DNA from: Orbicella franksi
Lineage: Eukaryota
Assembly (NCBI GenBank): GCA_964199315.1
Contig: OZ116712.1
Span: forward strand, 4,402,001 to 4,466,000
Reading direction: 5' to 3'
Length of the DNA: 64,000 nucleotides
Shown here: in pieces, positions 20,506 to 33,188 of the stretch
Layout: the number at the start of each line of letters is the position of its first letter
Position numbering within the stretch: the first letter of the stretch is position 1
The notes under the pieces: generated by a model
The model's input: the letters and a program-made list of their open reading frames with translations, nothing else
Told to the model about the DNA's origin: nothing
Databases searched by the model: none
Position numbers and translations under genes: made by a program

Positions 20506-22710
20506 ATGGAGTCCCTTTTGAAAGACCTCAAGAAACATCTTGAATGCTCCATTTGTCTCGAAACCTACAGCAAACCCAAAACCATATCATGTCTACACAC
20601 ATTTTGCTGTCAGTGTTTGGAGAATCATGCAAGAGCCAGCCACAGACAAGGAAAGTTCCGTTGTCCAGAATGTCAAGCCCAAATCGATCTGCCCGAAGGA
20701 AATCGTTTCCAAAGCTTACCGAGCAGTTTTTTCCACAACAGTTTATTGAGTCTTCTTGCCGTTCGACGGAGTGGCGATGGAGGTAACATGGCTTGTTCCC
20801 AATGTAGGAAAAACAACTCTCAGATGTACTATTGCTTTGATTGTGGACGGTTTATGTGCCCAGACTGTTACAACGCACACGAAATGTTAAGCGCATCGTT
20901 CGAAGGACACAAGGTCACGTCAGTGAAGGAGTTTAAAGCAGAAGATTACGAGGCCTTGCTGAAGCGACAGCCATTTTGTTCACAGCAGTTCCACGAGAGA
21001 GAAATCATGAGATTTTTCTGTTTTTCGTGCCAAGCTTGTGTTTGCCAAATTTGCATAGTCACGGATCACAGAAATCACGACATCGTTTTACTCGACAAAG
21101 CAGCTCATGACGAGAAACCCAACATCATGTCTGGCGCTCAAATGATCAACGAAAGGGTGTGCGAGCTTCGTGAAGTGATTCGACAATTTGAAGAAACGGC
21201 TTCTAAGTTGGAAAACAATATCGCAACCGCTAAACGCGAAGTCTCGCAAGCTGCTGGGCAGATGATCGAAGTGATTCGAGAGCGCGAGCGTGATGCGATT
21301 ATATCACTCGAGACAACACGCGTGACGAGGCTCGAGAGAATTAACTCCGCCATCCAGGAAGCTCAGTCTCTGCTCAAACAAATGAAGCAAGCGGTTGACT
21401 TTGCTAAAAATCTGACAGAAAGAAGCTCAAGCTCGGATATCATGAGGAACAAGGAAACTTTGAAACAGCGATTGGAAGTATTGCGTGAAATTGAAGTTCC
21501 AAAACATGATGAGACCTCATTCGTCAAATTTACCGCTGCTTCTACAAAGAACTTGAAATTAGGTTTTATTGAGACAATCCCAAAGGCAGACGCAAGGCGA
21601 TCAACGCTTAAAGGACTGAATCAAACTCTTCAGGCTGGTGTAGAAGCAGTGTTTACGTTATGCCCCCAAACATCTGAAGGGACGATGATTAACCAGCCTG
21701 ACCTGAAAGATCACGTTGAAGTTCTGATTGAACCCGCTAAAGATGTTACAAATGTGATTCTTAGCAAGAAAGAGGACGGTAATCTTCAGCTGAAATTTAC
21801 TCCAAAAGTACCGGGCGACTACAGTATTGAAATCAAGATCAATGGGGACAAGCTTCCAAGCTGTCCTTTCACAGTGCAAGTAAAAGAACGTGAACTCGTC
21901 GTTGGCGAGTTGGACTTAAAATTCTTTGCAGGAGATGAACCCGAATGGTTGGATGGAATCGCTGTTAGCTCAGAAGGCAAGATAGTTGTGACAGATGACT
22001 CTGGCGACTGTGTTTACGAGTTCGACAGAGATGGTAACTGTTTAACGAAACGTGGTAGCGAAGGAGCAAATCCCGGACAATTTAGCTCTGCGTCTGGTGT
22101 TTCCTATGTAAACAAGAACGAGATTCTAATTGCAGATCAATGGAATCATAGAATACAACACATAAATATTCAGACAGGAACTGTTGTGAAAAGCTTTGGA
22201 AAGCGTGGCTTAGGAAAAGGAGAGTTTATGGATCCAGTTGATGTTTGTTTAGATGATGAAGGACGCATTGTTGTAACCGAGTACGGCAATCATAGGATAC
22301 AAGTGTTGTCACAGAAAGGAAGAACTATTTCCATATTTGGAGACAGAGGCTCAGAGAAACTCAACAAACCAACAAGCTGCATTCCTTACAAAAACATGTT
22401 TTTCGTATCTGATACAGGCAATAACTGTATTAAGGTTTTCGATCAGTCAGGAACTTTCTTGTACAAGTTTGGAAAAAAAGGGAATCAAGATGGACAATTT
22501 GACTGGCCATATGATATGCTTCTAGACAGCTCCAATAATCTTCTTGTATGTGATAGTGACAATGACCGAGTTCAGCAGTTTTCTTTAGACGGTCACTTCA
22601 CAGGCAAAACTATCGCTCATTTACCACGTCCTTCAGGAATAGCAACAGCGCCAGATGGACGTATTCTCGTGACTAGCTTTGAAGCTAACAAACTATACAT
22701 ATTGAAGTAG
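20506..22710 (+). CDS. TRIM-NHL copy 3, 734 aa, intronless
   Basis: Complete ORF with the same domain order. One codon is deleted at the filamin/NHL linker (ELVVGEL). Confidence 0.95.
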   Translation: MESLLKDLKKHLECSICLETYSKPKTISCLHTFCCQCLENHARASHRQGKFRCPECQAQIDLPEGNRFQSLPSSFFHNSLLSLLAVRRSGDGGNMACSQCRKNNSQMYYCFDCGRFMCPDCYNAHEMLSASFEGHKVTSVKEFKAEDYEALLKRQPFCSQQFHEREIMRFFCFSCQACVCQICIVTDHRNHDIVLLDKAAHDEKPNIMSGAQMINERVCELREVIRQFEETASKLENNIATAKREVSQAAGQMIEVIRERERDAIISLETTRVTRLERINSAIQEAQSLLKQMKQAVDFAKNLTERSSSSDIMRNKETLKQRLEVLREIEVPKHDETSFVKFTAASTKNLKLGFIETIPKADARRSTLKGLNQTLQAGVEAVFTLCPQTSEGTMINQPDLKDHVEVLIEPAKDVTNVILSKKEDGNLQLKFTPKVPGDYSIEIKINGDKLPSCPFTVQVKERELVVGELDLKFFAGDEPEWLDGIAVSSEGKIVVTDDSGDCVYEFDRDGNCLTKRGSEGANPGQFSSASGVSYVNKNEILIADQWNHRIQHINIQTGTVVKSFGKRGLGKGEFMDPVDVCLDDEGRIVVTEYGNHRIQVLSQKGRTISIFGDRGSEKLNKPTSCIPYKNMFFVSDTGNNCIKVFDQSGTFLYKFGKKGNQDGQFDWPYDMLLDSSNNLLVCDSDNDRVQQFSLDGHFTGKTIAHLPRPSGIATAPDGRILVTSFEANKLYILK

Positions 22711-24371
22711 TTGTTTCAACAATCAGTAGTTGTCAGTTTGTACCGACCCTGTGTTGGAATGCACGGTCTCTCTGACGTCATGTTCATAAAGCGTTATTCG
22801 AAATTACCATGAACTAACCTAGTCAAGTATTATGATAGAGAGACTTAGCATTTCGAAGACGAAAATGCAAAGGAAGCATGTCTAAAATATGTCTCGTTTT
22901 CAGTGTAGTGTTTTGAGAAGCCTTACACTTTTCTAATAGTGGAGGAGGTTTAGTAGCAATAACCCAGGGTAATCATGCTTTCCCGGGGGATGTGGGGAAG
23001 GGGGAAAATGTGCACTGCTCTGGATGAACAAATGGCCGGAAATGCACAAACTTGGTGAGAATATCTGAAGTTTCAAAACGTAGCAAAAATCAAAACCAGA
23101 GTTGTCCCTATCATTTTGGTTAGTCTCGACGTAGAATAACGCTTCAAATTAGGGTTACATGTAATACTGTTTTCAAATATTGATTTGCGTTATAACCCAT
23201 TATACTTTGTAAATGTCGGCTTTGCTTTTGTGAACCCTGGGGTACTCTGAAAACTGAAACCTTTACCCTCTGCCTTTACCCTACACTAGAGCTTGATCAG
23301 CTTGATTTTGCAACCATTAATGCACCAGAAGCCCCTAATCGTAGTCCAATATACGCTAAGTAATATTTTACAAAGTCACTTAGGACTTTCAATTTCTATT
23401 ATAGAACCCCGGGTAAAGAACCCTGTTCTAGACTAAATTATGTATACACTAGCCACTTTCCCGGTAAATTATACCCTTTTCAAGACTGCCAAAACTGCCT
23501 GATTTCTGTAACCTATCCCAGACTAAATCGGCCTGAAAAGCATACTCTGCACATCGGCACATACCCATATAGCTTGTCTGATGGGAGTACCTACAGGGGG
23601 AAGAAGGAGGGCTAAGAACACACCCCAGGATTTAAGTCAGTGAAAGAAGATTGTTTTCTAAACTCGACTTATAAGAAGCTAGGAGCCTGACGTAAAGCTC
23701 CAGCACGGTCCGCGAGTATAAATAAAGGTTGTATGTGTTTTTGTAACTGTTTGAAAGAACACTACTAACGAATATTTGTAAAATGTAAACAACCGTTTAT
23801 ATAATTATTTAGTCTATCGAATCAATAATCAGATGTCTTAAGGGACATAACTGAATATAAACAAAATGATGAGCTATTCTTATTACATGGACAGATTGTA
23901 GGACAGTATTTAGTTGTTTTTGTTCGTTTCTTTTTTATTCAGAACTATTGGAAGTTAGGAGAGAAACTTCTGAAAACTTAAACAATTGGAAATGGTCTAT
24001 TAAACTTGTAAATGTAATTTTAATGTTGTGTAGTAAGGCGTGAAGAGAAATCATTGTTCGCAAATGTATGGCTTTGAATAGAGCTGAACATCAAGAGCGC
24101 TAATTTGAATAAAAACTTTGGGCCACCGATGCATTTTGCCAGTAATTTTTGTCTCTTTTTTGAAATTCGTAAACCGGTGGGATTCTTGGAATTCATGAAC
24201 GTGAAGCTACTTTTAATTTGCTCATTCCGGGTTACATTTGATATGAACTACCGTGAACTGCCGCTTATATAAAAGCCCCCCACCCCCGTTCCCGGTTATA
24301 GGCCCATGTACCTGTAAACTAGAAAACACATCCGGTTATAAGCCAAGTGACTAGCGGGAGAGCTAAGAAAG

Positions 24372-24691
24372 TGTGTGTGTGTGGGGGGGGGGGGGGATAC
24401 ACCTGTAAAAAAGGACAGGGTTGCTCGTCGGAAATTTTGAAAAGAACCCCGTAAGAAGTACCAACATCCTGTTTTGCGGGCGTGTCTTAAAATGTTTTAC
24501 GTACCAATTCTAAAACAACACATTTTCTCCTGTCGTTTGTTTCGGCTCAGTACCCTAAATAATGCTATGGCAGCTCCCGCTGTGGACCATCTGAGACTGA
24601 ACTCTCTAAGATGAACGAAAACCGTGTTTTCAACCCCTAAATGGTACGATGAGCACCCCCGTCATTTTTATATGGGAGTTCCCGTTCCGGG
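24372..24691. mobile_element. ~320-bp dispersed repeat with G-rich / gggagttccc ends (also ~46330-46648; 3' part at ~16795-16943)
   Basis: Near-identical copies abut each orphan 3' flank. Confidence 0.6.
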
Positions 24692-25330
24692 GTACCGACC
24701 CTGTGTTGTAAAGCACGGTCTCTATGACGTCATGTTTATTGATGGGATTATGCACAAATTACGATGTGAACTTATCTAGTCAAGTATTATGCTGTACAGA
24801 ATTTACATTGAAAAGTTGAAATCGTGTAGTAAGCGTGTCTAAGAGATTAATCGTTTTCCGTGTAGGGTTTCAAGGAAACCTTACACTTTTCTAAAAGACG
24901 AGAGAGTTTGGGAGATATTAATTTGACTTACATAATTTAAACCACATTATGATTTCTACGTTCCGCAGGCTTAATTTTTGTAACAGTCTTTTTCATAATA
25001 ACGTTGAGACCTAAAGTTAAGCCTCATTTTAAGATCATTACATACTAAGAACACACCCCAGGCTGAGAGTTACTAGAAGAGAGCTATTTTGTCACCCGTG
25101 TGTGAAAGAACAGTATTGTTAAAGTATGTTAAAATTATGACTTCAAGCTACTGCAGTTTATACAGGTAGCTACAGAGTGAAAATTAGCAAAATAATATCT
25201 TTTTTCCTTGTTTGAACATATTAAAACAATGAGCTTGTGTTATTGCATGGTTCATCGTACAACATCTTTTTTTAAACCTCATTCGACAGAAAATGGTAAC
25301 TTATAACTCACTTAACTTAAGTTGTAAATA

Positions 25331-25803
25331 CAGTGAAACCTGTATTAAGCGGACACCCTCGGGACCTTCCCAAGTGTTCGCTTAATAGAGCGTGTCCGAA
25401 AGGTTTATAACAATTTTGCCTTGTTTGTTAATAATTAACATTCAACGGTTCCTCTGTACTGTAATAAAGTTCCAGGTTGTTAACGAAGCTATCCAGATTT
25501 CAAGTTCGTCAGCTTTCATTACCAACTTTAATTTGTTTGTGATAATTCCCTTTCCATACAGCAACGATAATTCAGGTACATTTAATTGACTCTTTCAAGG
25601 ACGTAATCCAGTGCCACATTGTCAATTCAGTCCGGTGTCCGTTTAATAGAGGTTTTTAACAATATAAATTAGCAAAATACAATATATTTTAGCGGCGTCG
25701 TCCGCTTAATAGAGGTGTCTGCTGAACAGGGGTTCGTTATAAAGGGAAATATAACACGCGCGTTAATTTCGGGGTAAGTTTCCGCTTAGTAGAGGTCTCA
25801 CTG
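25331..25803. mobile_element. 473-bp Tc1/mariner (pogo/Tigger-like) MITE, complete
   Basis: TA|cagtgaaacctgtattaagcgga...tccgcttagtagaggtctcactg|TA. Confidence 0.85.
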
Positions 25804-27332
25804 TATAATGTAAAAATAAGAACCTTCAGCAGCAGTCCGAATTTAGCATAAATTGCGATCAAATTCATTGTTTACAAATGCATGGCTTTGAACAGATCGG
25901 GCTGAACTGGTCGAAAGTGTTCCGCTTCCAAATAAAGAACTTAGTGCCAATTTGAATAAAAGTTTTGGGCTACAAAAGCTCTATGACTGTAATTTTGCCT
26001 TTGATTTTAAATTCGTAAAGTTGTGAGTGCTGTTGCAAGGTGAACTACTTCAGCACAATTCGTCAAATTTGCATATTTCTGGTTGAATTAATTTCATGCA
26101 TCAGTTGTGCTCATCAGGATGCGATGCGTTCTGAAGTAGTTTTCAGTATGGCTTTTTGTCTTGTCTTGCACGAAACAGCACCGGAAAAGACTGACTGTAC
26201 TTCCCGCTTGACTGCATAGCATGGTGTGGTGGGGCGACAGTTAGCCCCACCATTCCATGCTTCGTTTTCTTTGCTCTCGCTCCAACTTGCGCGCGGCCCC
26301 GTTGCGGAAAAAGCTCTAGCTAGCCGGCGGGAACACTTGCTACGCAGAGTCGAGTACGTTTAGGATGTGATAACCTGCTATTCTAGGTGCAAACTTTCAC
26401 AAGGGGGAGAGTTGGAGTAGGAATTTGCACTGCTCTGAATGAACAAATGAGAAACGCGCAGACTTGAGAAAAACTGAAATTTTGAGACTTAAGAAACCTT
26501 GTTTTTTACGTTTTTCATTATTCTCTAACGTTGTTACTCCATGACATCATCTTTTTATGGTGTTATGACCAAATTACGATTTGAGCTAATCTAGTAGTTA
26601 CTAAGGTGGTTAGATCGAATTTTTGAGTCTTTCAGCGACCAGCGACAACTACAATGTTGTAAAGAATTTTAACATAAGATAGCACCGCGAGAGAAATATC
26701 CTTTGTTAAAAACGCTATGAATGCTTTAGGTTATCACAGCTGATTAAGATCCTCAAGGTTACTTCTACTGAATTATTAGCCATTGTTTACAATTAAAAAC
26801 TGTCGTGAAAATGTATATTGTACCTCTCCTCAAAGGAGCTACTTCACGGTTTGTGCATCGTGAAAAGTCTCTTCGTTTGTAATCCGTGTCAATCTTCTCA
26901 ATCCTTAACAATCCTTGTTCCTTTATGGTTTATTATTATCTCTTTTGTGTTTTTCTATCTGACTAAAGACTATTTTCAAGTTTCCTTCAAATTAAAGTTA
27001 ATTTTGTACTTAAGAATGATTTTCGCCTGCCTAAGAGTATATAGTGTGGGCATGAAAAATATAAATTCTTACAAGCAGAGTGTGTATTGGCCAACATTTT
27101 ACTACCACCTCATGACACTTCGGATTAAAAGTGGAGATATTTTCTGGGGGGAGGGTTTGTCTCTTTGTTTCTTTCTTTTGCGTAGACCGTCTGTGACGAA
27201 AATGAAAAATACGACAAGCATTTCCGATTTATCAACTACTTAGAACCTCTTTACTGACCCTTGGATTCACATAATTATCGATGCAAACGCTCAAAAGACC
27301 AACCAAGGCTTCACTCAGACATCAATAATTTT

Positions 27333-27380
27333 GTGACATTTGATTGGCTCCAAGCAGACAGTTATGACGTTAATTAATTC
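27333..27380 (+). promoter_or_regulatory. Conserved proximal promoter block, copy 4
   Basis: gtgacatttgattggctccaagcagacagttatgacgttaattaattc. Confidence 0.55.
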
Positions 27381-27460
27381 GGTTTTCTCGGAAACTAAAG
27401 TAAAACCTTGATGCACTGAGTTGTGTTTCGAGAGCTTCACTAAACAAGCGACGCCTAGCG

Positions 27461-29668
27461 GTGGAGTCCCTTTTGAAAGACCTCAAGAAACATCTTGAAT
27501 GCTCCATTTGTCTCGATACCTACAACCAACCCAAAACTATATCCTGTCTACACACATTTTGCTGTCAGTGTTTGGAGAATCATGCAAGAGCCAGCCACAG
27601 ACAAGGAAAGTTCCGCTGTCCAGAGTGTCAAACCCAAATCGATCTACCCGAAGGAAATCGTTTCCAAAGTTTACCGAGCAGTTTTTTCCACAACAGTTTG
27701 TTGAGTGTCCTTGCCGTTCGTCGGAGTGGCGATGGAAGTAACATCGCTTGTTCCCAATGTAGGAAAAACAACTCTCAGATGTACTATTGCTTTGACTGTG
27801 GAAAGTTCATGTGCCCAGACTGTTACAACGCACACGAAATGCTGAACGCATCGTTCGAAGGACACAAAGTCACGTCAGCGAAGGAGTTTAAAGCAAAAGA
27901 TTACGAAGCCTTGCTGAAGCGACAACCATTTTGTTCACAGCAGTTCCACGAGAGAGAAATCACGACATTTTTCTGTATTTCCTGCCAAGTTTGTGTTTGC
28001 CAAATTTGCATAGTCACGGATCACCGAAATCACGACATCGTTTTACTCGACAAAACAGCTCATGACGAGAAACCCAACATCATGTCTGGCGCTGAAATGA
28101 TCAACGAAAGGGTAAGCGAGCTTTGTGAATTGATACGACAATTTGAAGAAACGGCTTCTAAGTTGGAAAACAATATCGCAACCGCTAAACGCGAGGTCTC
28201 GCAAGCTGCTGGGCAGATGATCGAAGTGATTCGAGAGAGCGAGCGTGAGGCCATTATATCACTCGAGACAGCACGCGTAACGAGACTTGAGAGAATCAAC
28301 TCAGCCATCAAGGAAGCTCAGTCTCTGCTCAAACAAATGAAGCAAGCGGTTCAGTTTGCTAAAAATCTGACAGAAAGAAGCTCAAGCTCAGATATCATGA
28401 GGAACAAGGAAACTTTGAAACAGCGATTTGAAGTATTGGGTGAAATTGAAGTTCCAAAACATGATGAGACCTCATTCGTCAAATTTACCGCTGCTTCTGC
28501 AAAGAACTTGAAATTAGGTTTTATTGAGACAATCCCAAAGGCAGACGCAAATCGATCAACGCTTGAAGGACTGAAGCAAACTCTTCAGGCTGGTGTAGAA
28601 GCAGTGTTTACGTTATGCCCCCAAACATCTGAAGGGATGATGATTAACCAGCCTGACCTGAAAGATCAAGTTGAAGTTTTGATTGAACCCGCTAAAGATG
28701 TTACAAATGTGATTCTTAGTGAGAAAGGGGACGGTAATGTTCAGCTGAAATTTACTCCAAAAGTACCGGGCGACTACAGTATTGAAATGAAGATCAATGG
28801 CGATAAGCTTCCAAGCTGTCCTTTCACAGTGCAGGTGAAAGAACGTGAACTCGTTGTCGTTGGCGAGTTGGACTTAAAATTCTTTGCAGGAGATGAACCC
28901 GGATGGCTGGATGGAATCGCTGTTAGTTCAGAAGGCAAGATAGTTGTGACAGATTACTTTGGCGACTGTGTTTACGAGTTCGACAGAGATGGTAACTGTT
29001 TAACGAAACGTGGTAGGGAAGGAGCAAATCCCGGACAATTTAGCTATGCGTCTGGCGTTTCCTATCTAAACAAGAACGAGATTCTAATTGCAGATCAAGG
29101 GAATCATAGAATACAACACATAAATACTCAGACAGGAACTGTTGTTAAAAGCTTTGGAAAACATGGCTTAGGAAAAGGAGAGTTTAAGGATCCAGTTGAC
29201 GTTTGTTTAGATGATGAAGGACGCATTGTTGTAACCGAGTGCGGCAATAATAGGATTCAAGTGTTGTCACAGGAAGGAAAAACTATTTCCATACTTGGAG
29301 ACAGAGGCCCAGAGAAACTCAACAAACCAGCAAGTTGCATTCCTTACAAAAACATGTTTCTCGTATCTGATACAGACAATAACTGTATTAAGGTTTTCGA
29401 TCAGTCAGGAACTTTCTTGTACAAGTTTGGAAAAAAAGGGAAACGAGATGGACAATTTGACTGGCCGCATGATATGCTTCTAGACAGCTCCAATAATCTT
29501 CTTGTATGTGATCATTACAATAACCGAGTTCAGCAGTTTTCTTTAGACGGTCGCTTCACTGGCAAAACTATCACTGATTTACCACGTCCTATTCGAATAG
29601 CAACAGCGCCAGATGGACGAATTTTCGTGACTAGCGCCACAACTAACGAAGTATACATATTGAAGTAG
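27461..29668 (+). CDS. TRIM-NHL copy 4, 735-codon frame intact but start codon is GTG (start-loss or non-AUG initiation)
   Basis: cctagcgGTGgag versus cctagcgATGgag in all other copies. The first in-frame ATG is at 27779 (codon 107, inside B-box1). Confidence 0.8.
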   Translation: MESLLKDLKKHLECSICLDTYNQPKTISCLHTFCCQCLENHARASHRQGKFRCPECQTQIDLPEGNRFQSLPSSFFHNSLLSVLAVRRSGDGSNIACSQCRKNNSQMYYCFDCGKFMCPDCYNAHEMLNASFEGHKVTSAKEFKAKDYEALLKRQPFCSQQFHEREITTFFCISCQVCVCQICIVTDHRNHDIVLLDKTAHDEKPNIMSGAEMINERVSELCELIRQFEETASKLENNIATAKREVSQAAGQMIEVIRESEREAIISLETARVTRLERINSAIKEAQSLLKQMKQAVQFAKNLTERSSSSDIMRNKETLKQRFEVLGEIEVPKHDETSFVKFTAASAKNLKLGFIETIPKADANRSTLEGLKQTLQAGVEAVFTLCPQTSEGMMINQPDLKDQVEVLIEPAKDVTNVILSEKGDGNVQLKFTPKVPGDYSIEMKINGDKLPSCPFTVQVKERELVVVGELDLKFFAGDEPGWLDGIAVSSEGKIVVTDYFGDCVYEFDRDGNCLTKRGREGANPGQFSYASGVSYLNKNEILIADQGNHRIQHINTQTGTVVKSFGKHGLGKGEFKDPVDVCLDDEGRIVVTECGNNRIQVLSQEGKTISILGDRGPEKLNKPASCIPYKNMFLVSDTDNNCIKVFDQSGTFLYKFGKKGKRDGQFDWPHDMLLDSSNNLLVCDHYNNRVQQFSLDGRFTGKTITDLPRPIRIATAPDGRIFVTSATTNEVYILK

Positions 29669-32600
29669 TTGCTCCAATAATCAGTAGTTGTCAGTTTGTA
29701 CCGTCGGAACCTGTGTTGGAAAGCGCGGTCTCCCTGACGTCATGCTCATGCAGCGTTTTTCGAAATTACCAGTGAACTAATCTACTCAAGTATTATGACG
29801 GAAAGACTTTAACATCTCAAAGACGAAATTGCAAGGGGAGCAAGTCTTAAAGATCCCTCGTTTTCAGTGTAGTGTTTTAAAGAAGCTTAACACTTTTCTA
29901 ACATTCGAGGAGGTTTAGGAGCAAAACCAATCCATAATCATGCTTTCCCGGAGGAGGTGGGGAAGGGGGAAAATGTGCACTGCTCTGGATTGACAGGTGG
30001 GAAATGCGCAAAGTTGGCGTTAAAATCTGAACTTTCAAAACGTAGCAAAAACCAAAACCAGAGTTGCCCTGATCAATTTGGTTAGTCTAGACGTAGAATA
30101 ACGCTACAAATTAGGGTTACATGTAATACTGTTTTGAAACATTGATTTGCTTTATAACCCATTATACTTTGTACATTTCGGCTTTGTTTTTGTGAACCCT
30201 GGGGTCGTCTGAAAATCATTGGGTAGGGGTGTGCAGCTGGCACACCGAAACCTTTACCCTCTGCCTTTACCCTATACTAGAGCTTGATCAGTTTGATTTT
30301 GCAACGCATTAATGCACCAAAAGCCCCTAATCGTAGTCCAATACAGGATAAGTAATACCTTACAAAGTCACTTACGACTTTCAATTTCTATTATAGAACC
30401 CCGGGTAAAGAACCCTGTTCTAGACTAAATTATATATACACTATACTAGCCACTTTCCCGGGAAATTATAGCCTTTTCAAGACAACTGTCTGATTTCTAT
30501 GTTGAAAACAAAAGATATGACAGGCCAACACGGACTCCCTTCGTGAATTGCGATAGCGATGTATTTTAGCCTTCAATTAAATTTTCACTCTAACGAGCGT
30601 ATCTTTTAGAGATTTGCGTCTGTTATATGATATAATCGGAGGTTAAGTCTAGATGCTTTTCCGTTAGTATCATTTTGTTTGTCCTCCGCCGTGTGTTCTT
30701 CGGTGTCCGTTGGAGGACAGTAAGAAGGTGTTTTGGGAGCTCTGTAATCGACATCCTCGTCACCAGATGTACTTGGTCCGAGATATAGCAGTAATTTGTT
30801 GTCTGACATCATAGTTGCTTCAGCAGGACCGCTCGGTTTCCATTCTTCACGAATCTCTTTGTTTGAGGCGTGACAACTTTAAATTAAATGTTACCTAGGG
30901 AAAGTTAGAGACGTTTCTCAATTCCGTTCCCCCTCCAATAGTTGTTTGGTGATCTTTTTATATCAGGATAGTCTGGTGTTAGGATCGAAGTGTTAGCTTT
31001 CCCATTGGTCCTCTCCGAAGCGAGAGGGCCAATGAGGTGTAGGGGATTTTCGATCCGGTAGAGCGAGAAGCTAGAGTGTGTTTCTTTGTAAGGCTAAACT
31101 GCCTGAAAACCATACCCTTCACAGCGGCACATACCCATATAGCTTGTCTGATGGGAGTACCCCCTATGGGGAGGGGAGGGGGGGGGGGGGGGGCTAAGAA
31201 CACACCCCAAGCTTTAAGTCACTAAAAGAAGATTGTTTTCTAAACTCGACTTATTAGAAGCTAGGAGCCTAACTTGAAGCTCCAGCACGGCCCCCGAGTA
31301 TAAATAAAATTTGTATGTATTTATGTAACTGTTTGAAAGAACAGTACTAATGAAGACTGGTAAAATGTAAACAAGAGTTTATATAATTATTTACTCTATC
31401 GAATCACTGATCAAATATCTAATGTGACATAGTTGAATATAAATGATGAGCTCGTCTTATTGCATGGACAGATTGTAGGACGGTATTTAGTTGTTTTTTC
31501 TTTTCTTTTTTATGATTGGAAGTTAGAAGAGAAACTTCTGAAAACTTAAACAATTGGAAATGGTCTATTAAACTTATAAATGTAATTTCAATGTTGTGTA
31601 GTAAGCCGTAATTGTTCGCAAATGTATGGCTTTGAACAGAGCTGAACATATCAACAAGAGTGCTAGTTTGAATAAAATTTTGGGCCCTCAAAGCACTTTG
31701 CCTATAATTTTTATCTCTGTTTTGAAATTCGTAAACTGGTGGGATTCTTGCAATTCATAAACGTGAAGCTACTTTTAATTTGCTTGTTCCGGGTTGCATT
31801 TGATATGACCTACCGTAAACTGCCGCTTATAAGTCTCCCCCCCCCGCCCCCCCTTGGTTGTAGGCCTATCTACCTTTAAACCAGAAAATACACCCGGTTA
31901 TAAGCCCCCCCTGATATAAGCCCCCTAGCTTTCCTTGTGTTGAATTTGTTTTATTATGTTTTAACGCTTAATTACCAGTAAATGAAAAATCTATTTCCTT
32001 AGTTTTCGTTTCGATTAAGAAGATATATCAAACACTCGAGACAGTGTTTCATCGGCCAAACACCTCGAATTGCGTCAAAAATACTCCAGTGAGCGTGGTA
32101 TTTTCAACTCTCTTCTCGGTGTTCGGATATTCCGATGAAACACTGTCTCTCGTGTTTATATATATTACTTCATAAAATATCATTATATACATGGAACGAA
32201 AGTAATGTAGAAAGGCCGTTAATGTCTCTGGTCCCATGTTGAAAACACTACCTCGGTCTATTGTTGTTAAGGGCCAGGGGTATTGTTATGACTTCTCATC
32301 TATTGTTTCATATTGAGAACCAAGATAGCACCGCGAGAGAAATTTTCTTTGTTCAAAGCACAATGAATGCTGTAGGTTTCCAAAGCTGATTTAGATCCTT
32401 GATTATTTCTAATTCCCACCCATTGTTTACAATTAAAAAGGATTGTGAAAATGTATTTTAAGTTCTTTTTTCCATCATCTTAAAAAGTAGGTCTATTACA
32501 TCACGTATGAACGAGATTACATGCGTGTCACAAGACATATTATAAAATAACAGGGCTACTACGTGCGCTATCATTGGTCGATAGGTGTGTTTAGATGAGA

Positions 32601-33063
32601 ATATGTAAACACTGTTGTGACGTTTTAGATTCGCGCGTATTTTTTAAGAATAATTTTCTCAAATCAATAGCGCACTTTTTCCATGTTTACATAGCCTCAA
32701 ATTCTCCAAAGCTAGCAAAGCCGAGACGTTCGAATTCTCTCAACCCTCCTCGTGTTTAGATTAGGCTATGTAAACACGGAGAAAAAGCTCGAAACTTATA
32801 TTGGCCACCATGTTGTTTGCTTTTTCCCTTTTTACAACCGCTTCATGACACATCGTATTAAAAGTAACGACATTTTTGGGGGTAAGGTTTGTCTGTTTGT
32901 TTATTTCTTTAGTTTTGGGTAAACTGTGCGGTAAATGAAAACTACGACAAACGTTTCCGATTTATTAATTACTTAGAGCCTCTTTACTGACCCCTGGCTT
33001 CATATCATCGATGCAAATCGCTCAAAAGACCACCTGAGAACACTCTCAGACGTCAATAATTTT

Positions 33064-33111
33064 GTGGCATTTGATTGGCTCCAAGCAGACAGTTATGACG
33101 TTAATTAATTC
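33064..33111 (+). promoter_or_regulatory. Conserved proximal promoter block, copy 5
   Basis: tttgattggctccaagcagacagttatgacgttaattaattc. Confidence 0.55.
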
Positions 33112-33188
33112 GGTTTTCTCGGAATCTAAAATAAAACCTTGATGCAGTTGTCTTTCGCAAGTTTCACTGAAACAAGCGATGCCTAGCG

